From: Bacteroidia bacterium
GTDB lineage: Bacteria; Bacteroidota; Bacteroidia; NS11-12g; UBA955
DNA length: 64,000 nt
Direction of reading: 5' to 3'
NCBI GenBank assembly: GCA_044357345.1
Contig: JBIKPR010000005.1
Span: forward strand, 2,933-66,932
Part shown: positions 1-10,994 of the stretch, piece by piece
Layout: each line of letters opens with the position of its first letter
How positions within the stretch are numbered: the stretch's first letter is position 1
Notes under the pieces: generated by a model
What the model was told of the DNA's origin: nothing
Database searches by the model: none
What the model saw: only the letters and a program-made list of their open reading frames with translations
Position numbers and translations under genes: made by a program

Positions 1-214
1 AATAGCTAATGAATTTAAACCAATTGTTTTTCATCAAAGTGATATTCAATGGGCAGAGTCGTTTATCCCAAATTTAAATTCCAAATGCAAATTATACTTG
101 CAAACTGAATGGTCTAAATCGGATTTGAATTTGCCGTTAATTATCAATTTCGTCAAAGCCAATCCTCAGTGGAAAATTTCTTTGCAAACCCACAAATACT
201 TAAATATACCCTAG
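1..214 (+). CDS. queE: 7-carboxy-7-deazaguanine synthase (QueE), C-terminal fragment cut by the window start
   Basis: The frame beginning at nt 2 is open from the window edge to TAG at 212-214. My hand translation ends ...FVKANPQWKISLQTHKYLNIP, which matches the QTHKYLxIP-type C-terminus I recall for radical-SAM QueE. It is absent from the ORF track because it has no start codon in the window. Confidence 0.55.
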   Translation, partial: IANEFKPIVFHQSDIQWAESFIPNLNSKCKLYLQTEWSKSDLNLPLIINFVKANPQWKISLQTHKYLNIP

Positions 215-317
215 TATTAATTTGATCGTATTAAAACGAAAGATGCAAGAACTTGAATTTCGAAAAATCTTGTCGTTGTAATTTCAGTTTTATTTCAGCA
301 AATTTGCATTTTACAAA

Positions 318-917
318 ATGAAAAATAGTCCTTCAGGAAATACTTGGTTGAAAACAATTCTCTTAGCAGCAATTGTGTTGGCAGTTTATCTTTTCCTTTC
401 AATGGTATTTACCGGTTGGTACACCAGACATGGTCAAAGCATAAAAGTGCCAAAAGTATCAGGAATGCCTATTGAAAATGCAACTGAACTGCTCGATGAC
501 AATGATTTGGAATTGGTGATTATTGATTCAGTGTACAACGAAGATATGAAACCAAATACCATCGTTGAACAAGATCCTTTGCCTGATTTAAATGTGAAGC
601 CAGGCCGTAAAATTTATGTAACAGTTAACACAGGAATTGTTCCCAAAGTTAAAATGCCCAAACTAATTAATGGATCTTCCAATTTAGCAAAAGTATTGTT
701 ACAGAATTCAGGATTGAAACTCGGCAGAGTAGATTCGGTTAAAAGCACCTTTGGCCCAGGATTGGTTATAAGACAAAAATATAAAGGACGCGATATTACA
801 CCAAATACACAACTTGATAAAGGTGCCATTATTGATATTGTAGTGTCTAAAAAAATGTCTTTAGCCGACACCAGCATAATTGAAGCGCCTAGCCCCGATA
901 ATATTGAAGGATTGTAA
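318..917 (+). CDS. membrane-anchored PASTA domain-containing protein
   Basis: N-terminal TM helix (WLKTILLAAIVLAVYLFLSMVF) followed by ~65-aa repeats (VPKVSGMPIENATELL..., KMPKLINGSSNLAKVLL...) typical of PASTA domains. No kinase or PBP domain is attached. Confidence 0.7.
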   Translation: MKNSPSGNTWLKTILLAAIVLAVYLFLSMVFTGWYTRHGQSIKVPKVSGMPIENATELLDDNDLELVIIDSVYNEDMKPNTIVEQDPLPDLNVKPGRKIYVTVNTGIVPKVKMPKLINGSSNLAKVLLQNSGLKLGRVDSVKSTFGPGLVIRQKYKGRDITPNTQLDKGAIIDIVVSKKMSLADTSIIEAPSPDNIEGL

Positions 918-940
918 TTTTTATATCAAATAAACAATAA

Positions 941-2902
941 ATGCATAAATATAAAGTTACAATGACATCTATGAGGATTTTTATTTTTGCTTTTTTTGTT
1001 TTTTTTTCTCTGCAACTTTTTTCACAAGGTCCTGTTTTGTCTAATTTAAATAGAAATATTTATTTGAATAAACCAAATAGTCAAAACAGTTCAAAGAGAA
1101 GCATAACTGATACCATTCAACTTCCTTTTTTCGAAGATTTTACCAGCAGCACTGTTTATCCAAATATGAAATATTGGAGAGATAGTTTGGTTTATATTAA
1201 TAATCAATTTTCCGTTTCACCCCCTAGCTACGGAGTTGCGACCTTCGATAATTTAGATAAAAAGGGAAAACCATATCAATCTCTAAATGGTTTAACCCAC
1301 AACCACAGTGACTCTCTTACCTCTAATTTTATTAATTTAAAGAATTATAAAAACGGATTAAACACCATAAGCTATTCAGTTGCCGATTCTATCTATTTAA
1401 GTTTCTTTTACCAAACCCAAGGTATTGGTGATCCTTTGGATAAGTCAGATTCATTGGTCTTGAAATTTAAAGACCTCAATGGGTTTTGGAAAACTGTTTG
1501 GAAAACAACAGGTGGTTCAGTTAAACCTTTTAAACAGGTATTGGTAGGCGTTTTAAGTCCCAATTATTTGAACTCTAATTTTCAATTTAGATTTGTCAAT
1601 TATGGAAAAACGACCGGAAACATGAACCAATGGCATATCGATTATATCCGAATGAAAAGTTCTAGAAATAGATACGACACATTGGTAAATGATGTGGCAA
1701 TAAATGCGGAGCCTATAGGTCCATTGCAAATATACGAAAGTATGCCTTACGACCATTTTAAAGCAAACGCCCCATTCAATCAGTCTGCTTTTCACACAGT
1801 TAAATTAAGAAATAACAACAACACATCTGTTAACGTTCAATACAAATGTGAAGTGAGAAATGTTTACAATAAAATAATTGTCTCATACCCTTTGAGCTCA
1901 TCTGCAAGAAATGTCAATCGATTCAGCGATAGCAGCGAAAATTTCACTTCGTTTAGATTTGATACTTTGTCAGGAAAATCTCCTCTGTTGAAATTAAAAT
2001 ATACCATTGCGCCTTTGGCAAATGATTTTACGCCTGATAACTACAACAGCATAGGCAACAACAACGAATACACCAAAACAGTTAAATTCAACAATTATTT
2101 TGCCTACGATGATGGTTCTGCAGAAGGTGGTTATGGATTAGATTATGGTTCTTTACCTGCAGGGCCTGGATATGCTGCAATAAAATTCTCTTCCTTCAAA
2201 CCTGATACACTTAGAGGTATTTCAGTCTTTTTTAACCGCTCCATTGCCGATGTTCAATTCAAATCTTTTAATTTAATTGTTTGGAAAACAATCAGCGAAC
2301 CTCCCGCTAACAACACCAATTCAGACATCATTTTAAAGCGCGTAAGCATTCCTAGTACTGTTTATACCGATTCAATCAACGGATTTACAAACTTTATTTT
2401 TGATACCGCTGTCTTGTTGCCACAAGGTTCATTTTTTATAGGCTGGCAACAAAACACCAATTTTATTTTAAATGTTGGTTATGACAACAACTATAAATAT
2501 GCAAAATCTGGGGGAACAAATCCAAATTTATTCTACAACCTAAACGGTTATTGGGAAAAAGTTAGCACTAACATTACTGGCGCTGTAATGATGAGACCAC
2601 TTGTTGGACGTGAAATAAAAGTTAATAACCCCTCAAATATTCTTGGAGATATAAAAGCCCCTAATATTACTATTTACCCAAATCCATCGTCCAACAACGA
2701 TGTGGTTTTTGTGAAAGCCTCAAGCCAAATTCGATCCATTAAAATTTACGATTGCCAAGGTAAACTTCAACTTGAAGTGCAAGATGAAAACATTGAAAAA
2801 CTAAATATAAGCAATCTAAACAATGGTATTTATTTCTTTGAAATAATAGATGAATTTAACCAAACCAGTTTTCAAAAATGGATCAAACAATCTTATGAAT
2901 GA
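941..2902 (+). CDS. secreted protein with T9SS type A C-terminal sorting domain
   Basis: Signal peptide (IFIFAFFVFFSLQLFSQ). The C-terminal ~80 aa (ITIYPNPSSNNDVVFVK...IKIYDCQGKLQ...LNNGIYFFEI) fit the Por/T9SS CTD pattern. The start could also be an internal Met at residue 8 or 11. Confidence 0.7.
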   Translation: MHKYKVTMTSMRIFIFAFFVFFSLQLFSQGPVLSNLNRNIYLNKPNSQNSSKRSITDTIQLPFFEDFTSSTVYPNMKYWRDSLVYINNQFSVSPPSYGVATFDNLDKKGKPYQSLNGLTHNHSDSLTSNFINLKNYKNGLNTISYSVADSIYLSFFYQTQGIGDPLDKSDSLVLKFKDLNGFWKTVWKTTGGSVKPFKQVLVGVLSPNYLNSNFQFRFVNYGKTTGNMNQWHIDYIRMKSSRNRYDTLVNDVAINAEPIGPLQIYESMPYDHFKANAPFNQSAFHTVKLRNNNNTSVNVQYKCEVRNVYNKIIVSYPLSSSARNVNRFSDSSENFTSFRFDTLSGKSPLLKLKYTIAPLANDFTPDNYNSIGNNNEYTKTVKFNNYFAYDDGSAEGGYGLDYGSLPAGPGYAAIKFSSFKPDTLRGISVFFNRSIADVQFKSFNLIVWKTISEPPANNTNSDIILKRVSIPSTVYTDSINGFTNFIFDTAVLLPQGSFFIGWQQNTNFILNVGYDNNYKYAKSGGTNPNLFYNLNGYWEKVSTNITGAVMMRPLVGREIKVNNPSNILGDIKAPNITIYPNPSSNNDVVFVKASSQIRSIKIYDCQGKLQLEVQDENIEKLNISNLNNGIYFFEIIDEFNQTSFQKWIKQSYE

Positions 2903-3194
2903 TATAACAGCAATAGAATTAAAACAAAGATTAAACCAAGGTGAAATTTTACATATTATCGATGTGAGAGAACCCTATGAATACGAAGAATATAATATTG
3001 GTGCGCAACTAATTCCTTTGGGCGATTTGCAAGAAAAGTTAGATGATCTTGAACATTGGAAAAGTAATGAAGTTATTGTACACTGCAGAAGCGGAGCAAG
3101 AAGTGCTGCTGCAAAAGCATTTATGGTGCAACATGGATTTGCTAATGTGCGAAGCCTTACAGGTGGTATGGTTGCTTTTCAAGCTTTGAATTAA
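2895..3194 (+). CDS. single-domain rhodanese (sulfurtransferase)
   Basis: Active-site loop HCRSGARS (CxxGxR[ST]) and rhodanese-like fold sequence. I prefer the ATG at 2895 (MNDITAIELKQRL) to the track start at 2850, which overlaps the upstream gene by 53 nt. Confidence 0.8.
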   Translation: MNDITAIELKQRLNQGEILHIIDVREPYEYEEYNIGAQLIPLGDLQEKLDDLEHWKSNEVIVHCRSGARSAAAKAFMVQHGFANVRSLTGGMVAFQALN

Positions 3195-3202
3195 TTTGCG
3201 CT

Positions 3203-5086
3203 TTGCCGAAAAAATTAAGCGCCATATTATTAGGTTTAATTTTTATTGTTTCATTTAGTCTTTGCCGCCAAACAAAGAATCTAAGTGAAGTTTCTCCTTA
3301 CCTTAACCACAACGATTCTGTTAAATATGTAGGAATTGAAACCTGCAAATCTTGTCATTTAGATAAGTATGAAACCTTTGTCAAAACGGGCATGGGCATG
3401 AGCTTCGACTCTGCATCTATACATAAATCATCTGCAAATTTCATCAATCCAAAGCCAGTTTACGATTCGTTTCTAAACCTCTATTACCTTCCGTTTTTGA
3501 AAAACAATGTATTCTATTTAAAGGAATATAGAATGGAAAATAAAGACACTGTTTATTCTAGAACTGAGAAAATAAATTATATTGTGGGTTCTGGACACCA
3601 CACCAACTCACACATGATTGAAGAAAATGGGTATGTTTTTCAAGCGCCTATTACCTTTTATACTCAAAAGGGGAAATGGGACTTGCCTCCTGGATTTGAA
3701 AATGGAAATAATACCCGCTTCAACCGTAAAATTGGTTTAGAATGCATGAGTTGTCACAATGCAATGCCTCAATTAGTTGAAGCTTCGGAAAACCAATACA
3801 ATGAGCTACCACATGGCATCAATTGTGAACGTTGCCATGGTCCTGGACAAATTCACGTTCAGGAAATGAAAAAAGGGAATGTTGTAGATGTCAACAAAAC
3901 GGTTGATTACACCATTGTTAATCCTGGGAAATTGTCTTGGCAAAGGCAAATTGATGTTTGTCAACGTTGCCATTTACAAGGCAATGCTGTTTTAAAACCA
4001 AATAAATCGTTTGCCAGTTTTAAACCAGGGATGGTCTTAAGTGAGACATTTGACCAATTTTCTCCCGAATACGAAGACGGTGAAGACTTTGTTATGGCCG
4101 CACATGCTGAGAGGTTTCAGAAAAGTAAATGCTTTATAGCTAGCAATAAAAATAAATTAAATATTGAAAATGTGAAATTATCGTTTACTTGTATTTCATG
4201 CCATAATCCCCATGTTTCTGTTAGAAAAACCAATACGCTTCAATTTAACAATACCTGCAATTCTTGCCACAATGAAAAAAAATGCACCGAAACTGTAGAG
4301 AATAGAAATAAACAAAATGACAATTGTGTATCATGCCATATGCCTATATCTGGAACCGCTGATATTCCCCATGTTTCTGTACACGATCATTATATCCGCA
4401 AGCCTAGCAAATTACCAGCAATTAAGCCAACTAAATTAAAGGGCCTAAGATGCATTACATCAAATTCGCCGGATATTAATACTGTGACCGAGGCTTATGT
4501 GTCTTATTTTGAAAAATTCGAATCCAATCCTTTTTATTTAAATAAAGCCAAAGAGTTAAGTAAAAAATTAGATACTAAGAATCAATCTCATGTGCAAACT
4601 CTAATACATCTTTATTATCTGTCTGAGGATTACAAGGCAATTTTAAATATTGCAAACAAATACTCTGCAGAGCTTGATGCATGGACCAATTATAGAATAG
4701 CTAAAGCATTTGAAAAATTAAATAATCTTAATAAGGCCGAATCTTTTTTAGCCAAAGCGGTAGAACAAAATAGTAAATCGCTAGACTTTATTTTACAATA
4801 TGCAGTGCTCGAAATCAAGCTAAATAAATGGAAACAGGCTGAATCTCTTTTGAATAACTATATAAAATTATACAGTAAATCTGCCGAATCATGGGCTTAC
4901 ATCGGTCTTGTTAAATTAAAGGAGAATAAACTTTCAGAAGCTAAAAGTAATTTTATTCGCTCTTTGAATTTAGATCCTGATCAAGCCATTGCTTTGCAAA
5001 ACCTGTATCAAATTTATTTGCTTTCAAATCCTCTTGAAGCCAAAAAAATCGCGAAAAGAATTGCAGCGTTGAAAGGCAAAAAATAG
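3203..5086 (+). CDS. multiheme (7x CXXCH) c-type cytochrome fused to C-terminal TPR repeats; probable lipoprotein
   Basis: Seven CXXCH motifs: CKSCH, CMSCH, CERCH(GPG), CQRCH, CISCH, CNSCH, CVSCH. The C-terminal ~200 aa are TPR-like helical repeats. The TTG start is supported by the signal/lipobox sequence LLGLIFIVSFSLC directly after it; the next in-frame ATG lies beyond the first heme motif. Confidence 0.75.
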   Translation: MPKKLSAILLGLIFIVSFSLCRQTKNLSEVSPYLNHNDSVKYVGIETCKSCHLDKYETFVKTGMGMSFDSASIHKSSANFINPKPVYDSFLNLYYLPFLKNNVFYLKEYRMENKDTVYSRTEKINYIVGSGHHTNSHMIEENGYVFQAPITFYTQKGKWDLPPGFENGNNTRFNRKIGLECMSCHNAMPQLVEASENQYNELPHGINCERCHGPGQIHVQEMKKGNVVDVNKTVDYTIVNPGKLSWQRQIDVCQRCHLQGNAVLKPNKSFASFKPGMVLSETFDQFSPEYEDGEDFVMAAHAERFQKSKCFIASNKNKLNIENVKLSFTCISCHNPHVSVRKTNTLQFNNTCNSCHNEKKCTETVENRNKQNDNCVSCHMPISGTADIPHVSVHDHYIRKPSKLPAIKPTKLKGLRCITSNSPDINTVTEAYVSYFEKFESNPFYLNKAKELSKKLDTKNQSHVQTLIHLYYLSEDYKAILNIANKYSAELDAWTNYRIAKAFEKLNNLNKAESFLAKAVEQNSKSLDFILQYAVLEIKLNKWKQAESLLNNYIKLYSKSAESWAYIGLVKLKENKLSEAKSNFIRSLNLDPDQAIALQNLYQIYLLSNPLEAKKIAKRIAALKGKK

Positions 5087-5118
5087 TCCAAGCAATAAGC
5101 CTGCAATTTCATCTTATC

Positions 5119-6075
5119 ATGTGTCGTTTAAAAACCAAGTATTTTTTTACTCCGAAATATTTAGCCTTAATTGGTTTTCTTTTTGCTTGTGAAATGCTAA
5201 TGGCTCATGAAGCACGTAAAATATATCAACCGAGACGGGCCATTCCGAAATATACTTTTTCCGAACCGAAAGAAGTATTTGATTCTTCTTGGTATCAAGC
5301 TGAACGCTATAGTGTTTACCAATATCTTTATTCTTTTTTTGAGAAAAATCCCATCAATTTCAAAAGTCTTAATCAAGGGCATTTAAGTTTACATTTTAGT
5401 TATGATGGCAATGGAATGTATAAATTTGATTCAATACTAAACCCTAGCACAGCACAAACCACGAAAGTATTTAAGTTGTTTGGTAAGAAATTTTCTTCTC
5501 CAATAATCACTGACAGCAACACTTTGACGATTGAAATATTTATCCGGAAATCAAAGAAAATATCTAAGTCCCTAGATACATTTGATTTGTTATCGACAAA
5601 GAATTCCTTTGTAAATAAAACCTTGTTCAATGTATACGAAAAAGGCATCTACACCAACAGCTCCAATGTTTTAAAGTCCATTATTGAGCCACATCAAATT
5701 AAAACTTATAAAAGTGTTTATGGTGAAGAACTTGTATTTGTAAAGGTGTTTGAACGTGCAAGTTTTATAAGTGGTATGCATGGTTTTTTTGATTTTTTAG
5801 ACAATCATATTGTAATTCCACAACAATTAAAAGAAGAGGAATTTTCTTGTCGTATGAAGATCTATTTTGAAGTTAATATTGACGGCAAAATTGAAAATGT
5901 GACAGTTGAAAGAAAGTTACCATCCGATACGTATTCAGAAAATTTGTATAAACAGATGGAAAATGAGTTGATTAGAATATTCAAAAGGCAAGTAAAATGG
6001 CGCCCTAAAAAGATCAACGGAATACCATACAAATCTATGCTTAGCCTAAATTTTAGGTTAGATTTCGAGTCTTAA
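5119..6075 (+). CDS. hypothetical secreted protein with TonB-C-like C-terminal domain
   Basis: Long ORF with an N-terminal hydrophobic segment. The C-terminal ~90 aa (KIYFEVNIDGKIENVTVERKLP...WRPKKINGIPYKSMLSLNFRLDF) resemble the TonB C-terminal fold pattern. Function unknown. Confidence 0.5.
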   Translation: MCRLKTKYFFTPKYLALIGFLFACEMLMAHEARKIYQPRRAIPKYTFSEPKEVFDSSWYQAERYSVYQYLYSFFEKNPINFKSLNQGHLSLHFSYDGNGMYKFDSILNPSTAQTTKVFKLFGKKFSSPIITDSNTLTIEIFIRKSKKISKSLDTFDLLSTKNSFVNKTLFNVYEKGIYTNSSNVLKSIIEPHQIKTYKSVYGEELVFVKVFERASFISGMHGFFDFLDNHIVIPQQLKEEEFSCRMKIYFEVNIDGKIENVTVERKLPSDTYSENLYKQMENELIRIFKRQVKWRPKKINGIPYKSMLSLNFRLDFES

Positions 6076-6127
6076 TTTAATTCAAATTTCGCATTCAAAT
6101 AAATAGTGTAATTTTGATGTTTATTTA

Positions 6128-7657
6128 ATGAAAGCATTAAAATTATTTTCAAACGAGCAAGTTCGCAACTGGGACCAATATACCATTCAAGCCAATGCTG
6201 AATCTTCTTTAGATTTAATGGAAAGAGTTGCAGTTGCTGCAACAGAATTTATCGTTAATAAATTCCCTAATCAAAATGAATTTGTGGTTTTTTGCGGCTG
6301 TGGGAACAATGGGGGAGATGGTTTGGCCATTTCTAGACTTTTAGCAGAGCAAGGCAAAAAAGTTACAACGTTCACCGTAATGCATACGGATAAGCAGAGC
6401 AATGACTTTATTGAAAATGAAAAACGACTTCAATCTAGAAATGCTGTAAAATTATTTGAGATATTCAATGCCAATGATTTTCCAAAATTAATTGGAAATG
6501 AATTTATTATTGACGCACTTTTTGGAACAGGTTTAAGCAAACAAATATGTGGAATTGCTGCCGAGGCAATTAACTTTATGAATGCTTCTGAGCAAACTGT
6601 AATTTCAATAGATCTTCCATCGGGTTTAAAGTCAGATGAAAGTTCTCTTGAAAACGCACATATTGTTAAAGCCAACTATACTGTCAGTTTTCAAGTTCCA
6701 AAATTGGCTTTTCTATTTCCTGAAAATAGTCAATTCACAGGCAAATGGTTTTTAGTTGATATCGGTTTATCCAATGCTTATTATGAAGAAACTGAGACCT
6801 TGAATTATATTCTAGACCCCTATTTTATTCAATCTTTAATAAAAAAAAGAGATAAATTTGCTCACAAAGGCAATTTTGGTCATGCTCTGCTGGTTGCAGG
6901 TAGTATGGGTAAAATAGGCGCAGCAGTGCTTTCAGCATCAGCAGCAGTGAGAAGTGGTGTTGGCTTAATCAGTATTCAAACACCTTCATGTGGAAGAGAA
7001 ATAATTCAGTCGTGCATTCCAGAGGCAATGCACATAGCTGATGAAAACACAAACACCATTAGCAATATTGAAAATATAGAACAGTTTGATGTTCTTGGAA
7101 TAGGACCAGGCATAGGAACCGAAGCAAGCTCAATCAAGGCTTTAGAAAGCTTATTAAACCGAAGTAATTGTCCTATGGTTATAGATGCCGATGCATTAAA
7201 TGGATTGTCCATCAACAAATCTTTGTTGCCGTTGTTACAAGAAAACGCAATTCTTACGCCACATGTAAAAGAATTTGAACGCTTAGTAGGTCAATCGAAA
7301 AATGATTTTGAACGCCATCAAATGCAACTTAATTTTTCAATTAAACACAAGGTGATTATTGTCTTAAAAGGCGCAAATACATGCATTACTTCTCCCGATG
7401 GCCTTTCATATTTTAACAACAATGGGAACCCAGGTATGGCAAAAGGAGGGAGTGGTGACGTATTAACTGGATTAATGACTGGGATTTTAGCTCAAGGCTA
7501 TCATCCATTAAATGCGGCCTTGTTGGCGGTATATATTCATGGAAGGGCTGGTGATTATGCAGCAAACAAATATAGCCAATCAGCAATGATAGCCTCTGAT
7601 ATTGTCAATTGTTTCTCAGATGTATTCAAAGAATTGGAAAATGAAACTACCAGGTAA
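6128..7657 (+). CDS. nnr: bifunctional NAD(P)H-hydrate repair enzyme (epimerase / ADP-dependent dehydratase)
   Basis: YjeF_N motif GCGNNGGDGL and C-terminal carbohydrate-kinase motif KGGSGDVLTG. The 509-aa length is typical. Confidence 0.9.
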   Translation: MKALKLFSNEQVRNWDQYTIQANAESSLDLMERVAVAATEFIVNKFPNQNEFVVFCGCGNNGGDGLAISRLLAEQGKKVTTFTVMHTDKQSNDFIENEKRLQSRNAVKLFEIFNANDFPKLIGNEFIIDALFGTGLSKQICGIAAEAINFMNASEQTVISIDLPSGLKSDESSLENAHIVKANYTVSFQVPKLAFLFPENSQFTGKWFLVDIGLSNAYYEETETLNYILDPYFIQSLIKKRDKFAHKGNFGHALLVAGSMGKIGAAVLSASAAVRSGVGLISIQTPSCGREIIQSCIPEAMHIADENTNTISNIENIEQFDVLGIGPGIGTEASSIKALESLLNRSNCPMVIDADALNGLSINKSLLPLLQENAILTPHVKEFERLVGQSKNDFERHQMQLNFSIKHKVIIVLKGANTCITSPDGLSYFNNNGNPGMAKGGSGDVLTGLMTGILAQGYHPLNAALLAVYIHGRAGDYAANKYSQSAMIASDIVNCFSDVFKELENETTR

Positions 7658-8285
7658 TGGTATGCATGTTTAATGCATTTGGAATGATATTTTCTAAGGT
7701 GTCTCCGTAAACAGCATCAATTGAATCTCTATTCACGCCATATGTAGTCAATTGAACAGTATGGTTGTCTATTTTTCTAAACTGGTAATTGTTGTTGTTG
7801 TTTTCTGAGCACTGGTAAGTTAAACCATTATATTTTTCAACCCATTTATCAACCCAAGAATACAACCTTATTTCATCCCAACAACTTTCCTCCGATTGAA
7901 TAAAAAGCATGATTTCATGAAATCCGTCACCATTCAAATCGTTCATGTCTTTCAGTTGTAATTCTGAAATGTTTTCCAAGCCAATAAAGTCTTTATAACA
8001 AGTGAATTTTATTTTGTATTTGCTGTTAAGTTGATTGTATTCAATTGTTGCTGTATCTGATATTCCGTCAGCATTTATATCGCTTAGATAGACAATTCTT
8101 GAGACAATAGAATCAGATTTACTGTTTGAATTGTGTCTTTTTTGTTTGAAATAATCATCGGAACTCATCAAATCAGCCAAATCCAAATCAATGGAATCGC
8201 CGGCATTTACTAAGGGATTCGTCTTGTTGCAAGAAAAAATCATTAATAAAAATAAAGATTGAATTACTCTTTTCATTATGTTCAT
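7647..8285 (-). CDS. hypothetical lipoprotein with FG-GAP/calcium-binding-like DxDxDG motifs
   Basis: Signal peptide plus Cys (LFLLMIFSC). Motifs DINADGISD and DLNGDGFHE. The 3' end overlaps nnr convergently by 11 nt. Confidence 0.5.
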   Translation of the reverse strand: MNIMKRVIQSLFLLMIFSCNKTNPLVNAGDSIDLDLADLMSSDDYFKQKRHNSNSKSDSIVSRIVYLSDINADGISDTATIEYNQLNSKYKIKFTCYKDFIGLENISELQLKDMNDLNGDGFHEIMLFIQSEESCWDEIRLYSWVDKWVEKYNGLTYQCSENNNNNYQFRKIDNHTVQLTTYGVNRDSIDAVYGDTLENIIPNALNMHTITW

Positions 8286-8454
8286 CGCAAAATTAAAATC
8301 AAATATTGGTTTTGCAATGAATAATTTTAAGTTTTTTGAACATTTTTTTAAAGTGTATAATTTTATCTACCATTACCGTTTTCAAGCATCGACATGTTTA
8401 AACGAATCAATTAATAGATGTTATTATTTGAAGATAATTGAATAATTTCGCGCT

Positions 8455-10035
8455 GTGAATTTAACGGACGAGATATATAAACGAAAAACCTTTGCAATCA
8501 TTAGTCACCCCGATGCGGGTAAAACAACTTTAACTGAGAAATTCTTGCTTTTTGGTGGCGCAATTCAAACTGCTGGTGCTGTTAAATCTAATAAAATCAA
8601 GAAAGCTGCAACAAGCGATTTCATGGAAATTGAAAAGCAGAGAGGTATCTCCGTTGCAACTTCCGTTATGACTTTTGAATACGATGGAAAATTGGTTAAT
8701 ATCCTAGACACACCCGGTCACAAAGATTTTGCAGAAGATACCTACAGAACACTAACGGCCGTAGATAGCGTAATTTTGGTTATTGATTGTGTTAAAGGGG
8801 TTGAGGAACAAACTGAAAAACTTATGGAAGTGTGCAGGATGCGCCGTACACCCGTAATTGTTTTTATTAATAAAGTTGACCGAGATGGTCGAGATCCATT
8901 CGATTTGTTAGATGAACTCGAGCAAAAGCTTAGCATCAAGGTTTGTCCTATGAGTTGGCCTATCAACAGCGGTCGTGATTTTAAAGGCGTTTATAAACTG
9001 TATGATAAAAGCATCAATTTCTTTGAAGCCAATAAAACTAAAATTAGCAAAGACATCATAAGAATAGACGATTTGAACAGTCCATTGTTAGATGAATTAA
9101 TTGATAAAGATGCCATTAGGTTGCGCCAAGATGTTGAGTTGATTGATGGTGTTTACGGTGATTTTGATGTAAACGATTATCTAAGTGGGGAAGTAGCACC
9201 AGTGTTTTTTGGCAGTGCCCTAAATAATTTTGGTATCAAAGAACTACTAGAGAAATTTTTAGAAATTGCTCCTTTTCCTCAAGCACGCCAAAGTGATGAA
9301 AGAAAAGTAATGCCTGAAGAAGGTAAATTTACCGGTTTCGTTTTTAAAATACACGCAAATCTTGATCCCAGGCACCGCGACCGTATTGCATTCTTAAGGG
9401 TTTGCTCCGGTAAATTTGAACGCAACAAATTCTTCCACCATGTGCGCCTGAACAAAAATATGAAATTTGCCAGTCCTTTTACTTTTATGGCAGACAGTAA
9501 AGCATTGCTTGAAGATGCCTATGCTGGCGATGTTGTAGGGCTATATGATACTGGTAATTTCAAAATTGGCGATACCCTAACCGAAGGCGAAGACATTATG
9601 TACAAAGGTATTCCTTCGTTTTCTCCTGAAATTTTCAAAGAATTGATTAACCTAGATCCGATGAAATCAAAGCAGCTTGAGAAGGGTATTGAGCAACTTA
9701 CGGATGAGGGTGTAGCCCAATTGTTCAGACAAGACCAAGGCAATCGTAAGTTTATCGGTACCGTTGGTGAATTGCAGTTTGAAGTTATTCAGTACCGCTT
9801 GGAACATGAATATAATGCCAAATGTAGATTTGACCCAAGAGCCTTTTTTAAAGCTTGTTGGATGACCGGTGATAAAAATGCCATTGAAGAGTTTTGCCGA
9901 TTTAGACAAAAAAATATTGTTAAAGATAAGGATGAGAATTTAGTCTTCCTTGCTGAAACATCTTGGATATTGAACACCGCTATTCAACAAAATCCTAAAA
10001 TAGTATTTCATACCACTTCGGAATTCAAAATTTAA
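8455..10035 (+). CDS. prfC: peptide chain release factor 3
   Basis: GTPase motifs [17 protein letters not shown] and NKVDR, with RF3-like overall sequence. The GTG start places the G1 motif at the usual distance from the N-terminus. Confidence 0.9.
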   Translation: MNLTDEIYKRKTFAIISHPDAGKTTLTEKFLLFGGAIQTAGAVKSNKIKKAATSDFMEIEKQRGISVATSVMTFEYDGKLVNILDTPGHKDFAEDTYRTLTAVDSVILVIDCVKGVEEQTEKLMEVCRMRRTPVIVFINKVDRDGRDPFDLLDELEQKLSIKVCPMSWPINSGRDFKGVYKLYDKSINFFEANKTKISKDIIRIDDLNSPLLDELIDKDAIRLRQDVELIDGVYGDFDVNDYLSGEVAPVFFGSALNNFGIKELLEKFLEIAPFPQARQSDERKVMPEEGKFTGFVFKIHANLDPRHRDRIAFLRVCSGKFERNKFFHHVRLNKNMKFASPFTFMADSKALLEDAYAGDVVGLYDTGNFKIGDTLTEGEDIMYKGIPSFSPEIFKELINLDPMKSKQLEKGIEQLTDEGVAQLFRQDQGNRKFIGTVGELQFEVIQYRLEHEYNAKCRFDPRAFFKACWMTGDKNAIEEFCRFRQKNIVKDKDENLVFLAETSWILNTAIQQNPKIVFHTTSEFKI

Positions 10036-10061
10036 ACATTGTCAAAATAAAAAATAGTCGT

Positions 10062-10994
10062 ATGTTTGAACTAAATATGGATTGTTTGAGACAAAGTATA
10101 TTGGGCGCTTGTTTGTTTGCTTATTCAGCTATCTATGCTCAAGATCAAACCACAGTTGATTTTACCCCAAATTTCAAAAAAGGGGAACGTCTGGTTTACC
10201 AGTTGGTTGAAACAAAATTCAAACAAAACCTTAACGGTCATTACATCTATATCATGTACGATACCAGTTACATGGTGTTCAACGTGATGGAAAAGAACGA
10301 CTCTCAAACCTTGATTGATTTTAATTTTGCAGATGCAATTATCAATGGAAAACCATACTCAGAGCCTACGCCGTATCCAAATAATTTAAAAACTGATACC
10401 TATAAATTGGTGTTAAGTTCGAACGGTGAGTTCATTGAGTTAAGCAATTGGGAATATTTTGCAGGAGCACTTATCCAAAACATCAAAACTTCTTACAAAA
10501 TTAATAAGTTAGATTCCAATGCATTAAAATATTACTACCTGTATTACCACAATCAAGAGAATGTTGAAAATGCCGTGTTGCCGCGAGTTCACGAACTTTT
10601 TGATGTTTTGGGTGAGACCTATAACCTTGAAACAAATTACAGCCTTGCCCGTGAAATGGTCAATCCATTTGGTGGAAACAATTTGCAAAAATCTTGTCTG
10701 TTTAAAACCCAAAAAGATGCCAAATACCCGAATTCTATTTTCTTTTCAGGTAAATTAAAAAGCAATTCCGACGACAACGATTGTCTTCAAGAAGATTACT
10801 ACGCTTTTCAAAATCTAAAGAAACCAGACGCGGATTCTGAAGAAACACCACCATACATTTATATGGAGGACACCTATACTTACCAATGGGGGCAAATTAA
10901 CAAACTGTTTTTATCCCTTACAACCACACACACAGTTTACTTTGGATCCGATAAACAAGGTCTTGATAGAGTTTATACTTTCTACGCATATTAA
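10062..10994 (+). CDS. hypothetical secreted protein
   Basis: Signal peptide (ACLFAYSAIYAQ). No recognisable motif. Its stop overlaps the start of the next gene, suggesting translational coupling. Confidence 0.5.
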   Translation: MFELNMDCLRQSILGACLFAYSAIYAQDQTTVDFTPNFKKGERLVYQLVETKFKQNLNGHYIYIMYDTSYMVFNVMEKNDSQTLIDFNFADAIINGKPYSEPTPYPNNLKTDTYKLVLSSNGEFIELSNWEYFAGALIQNIKTSYKINKLDSNALKYYYLYYHNQENVENAVLPRVHELFDVLGETYNLETNYSLAREMVNPFGGNNLQKSCLFKTQKDAKYPNSIFFSGKLKSNSDDNDCLQEDYYAFQNLKKPDADSEETPPYIYMEDTYTYQWGQINKLFLSLTTTHTVYFGSDKQGLDRVYTFYAY

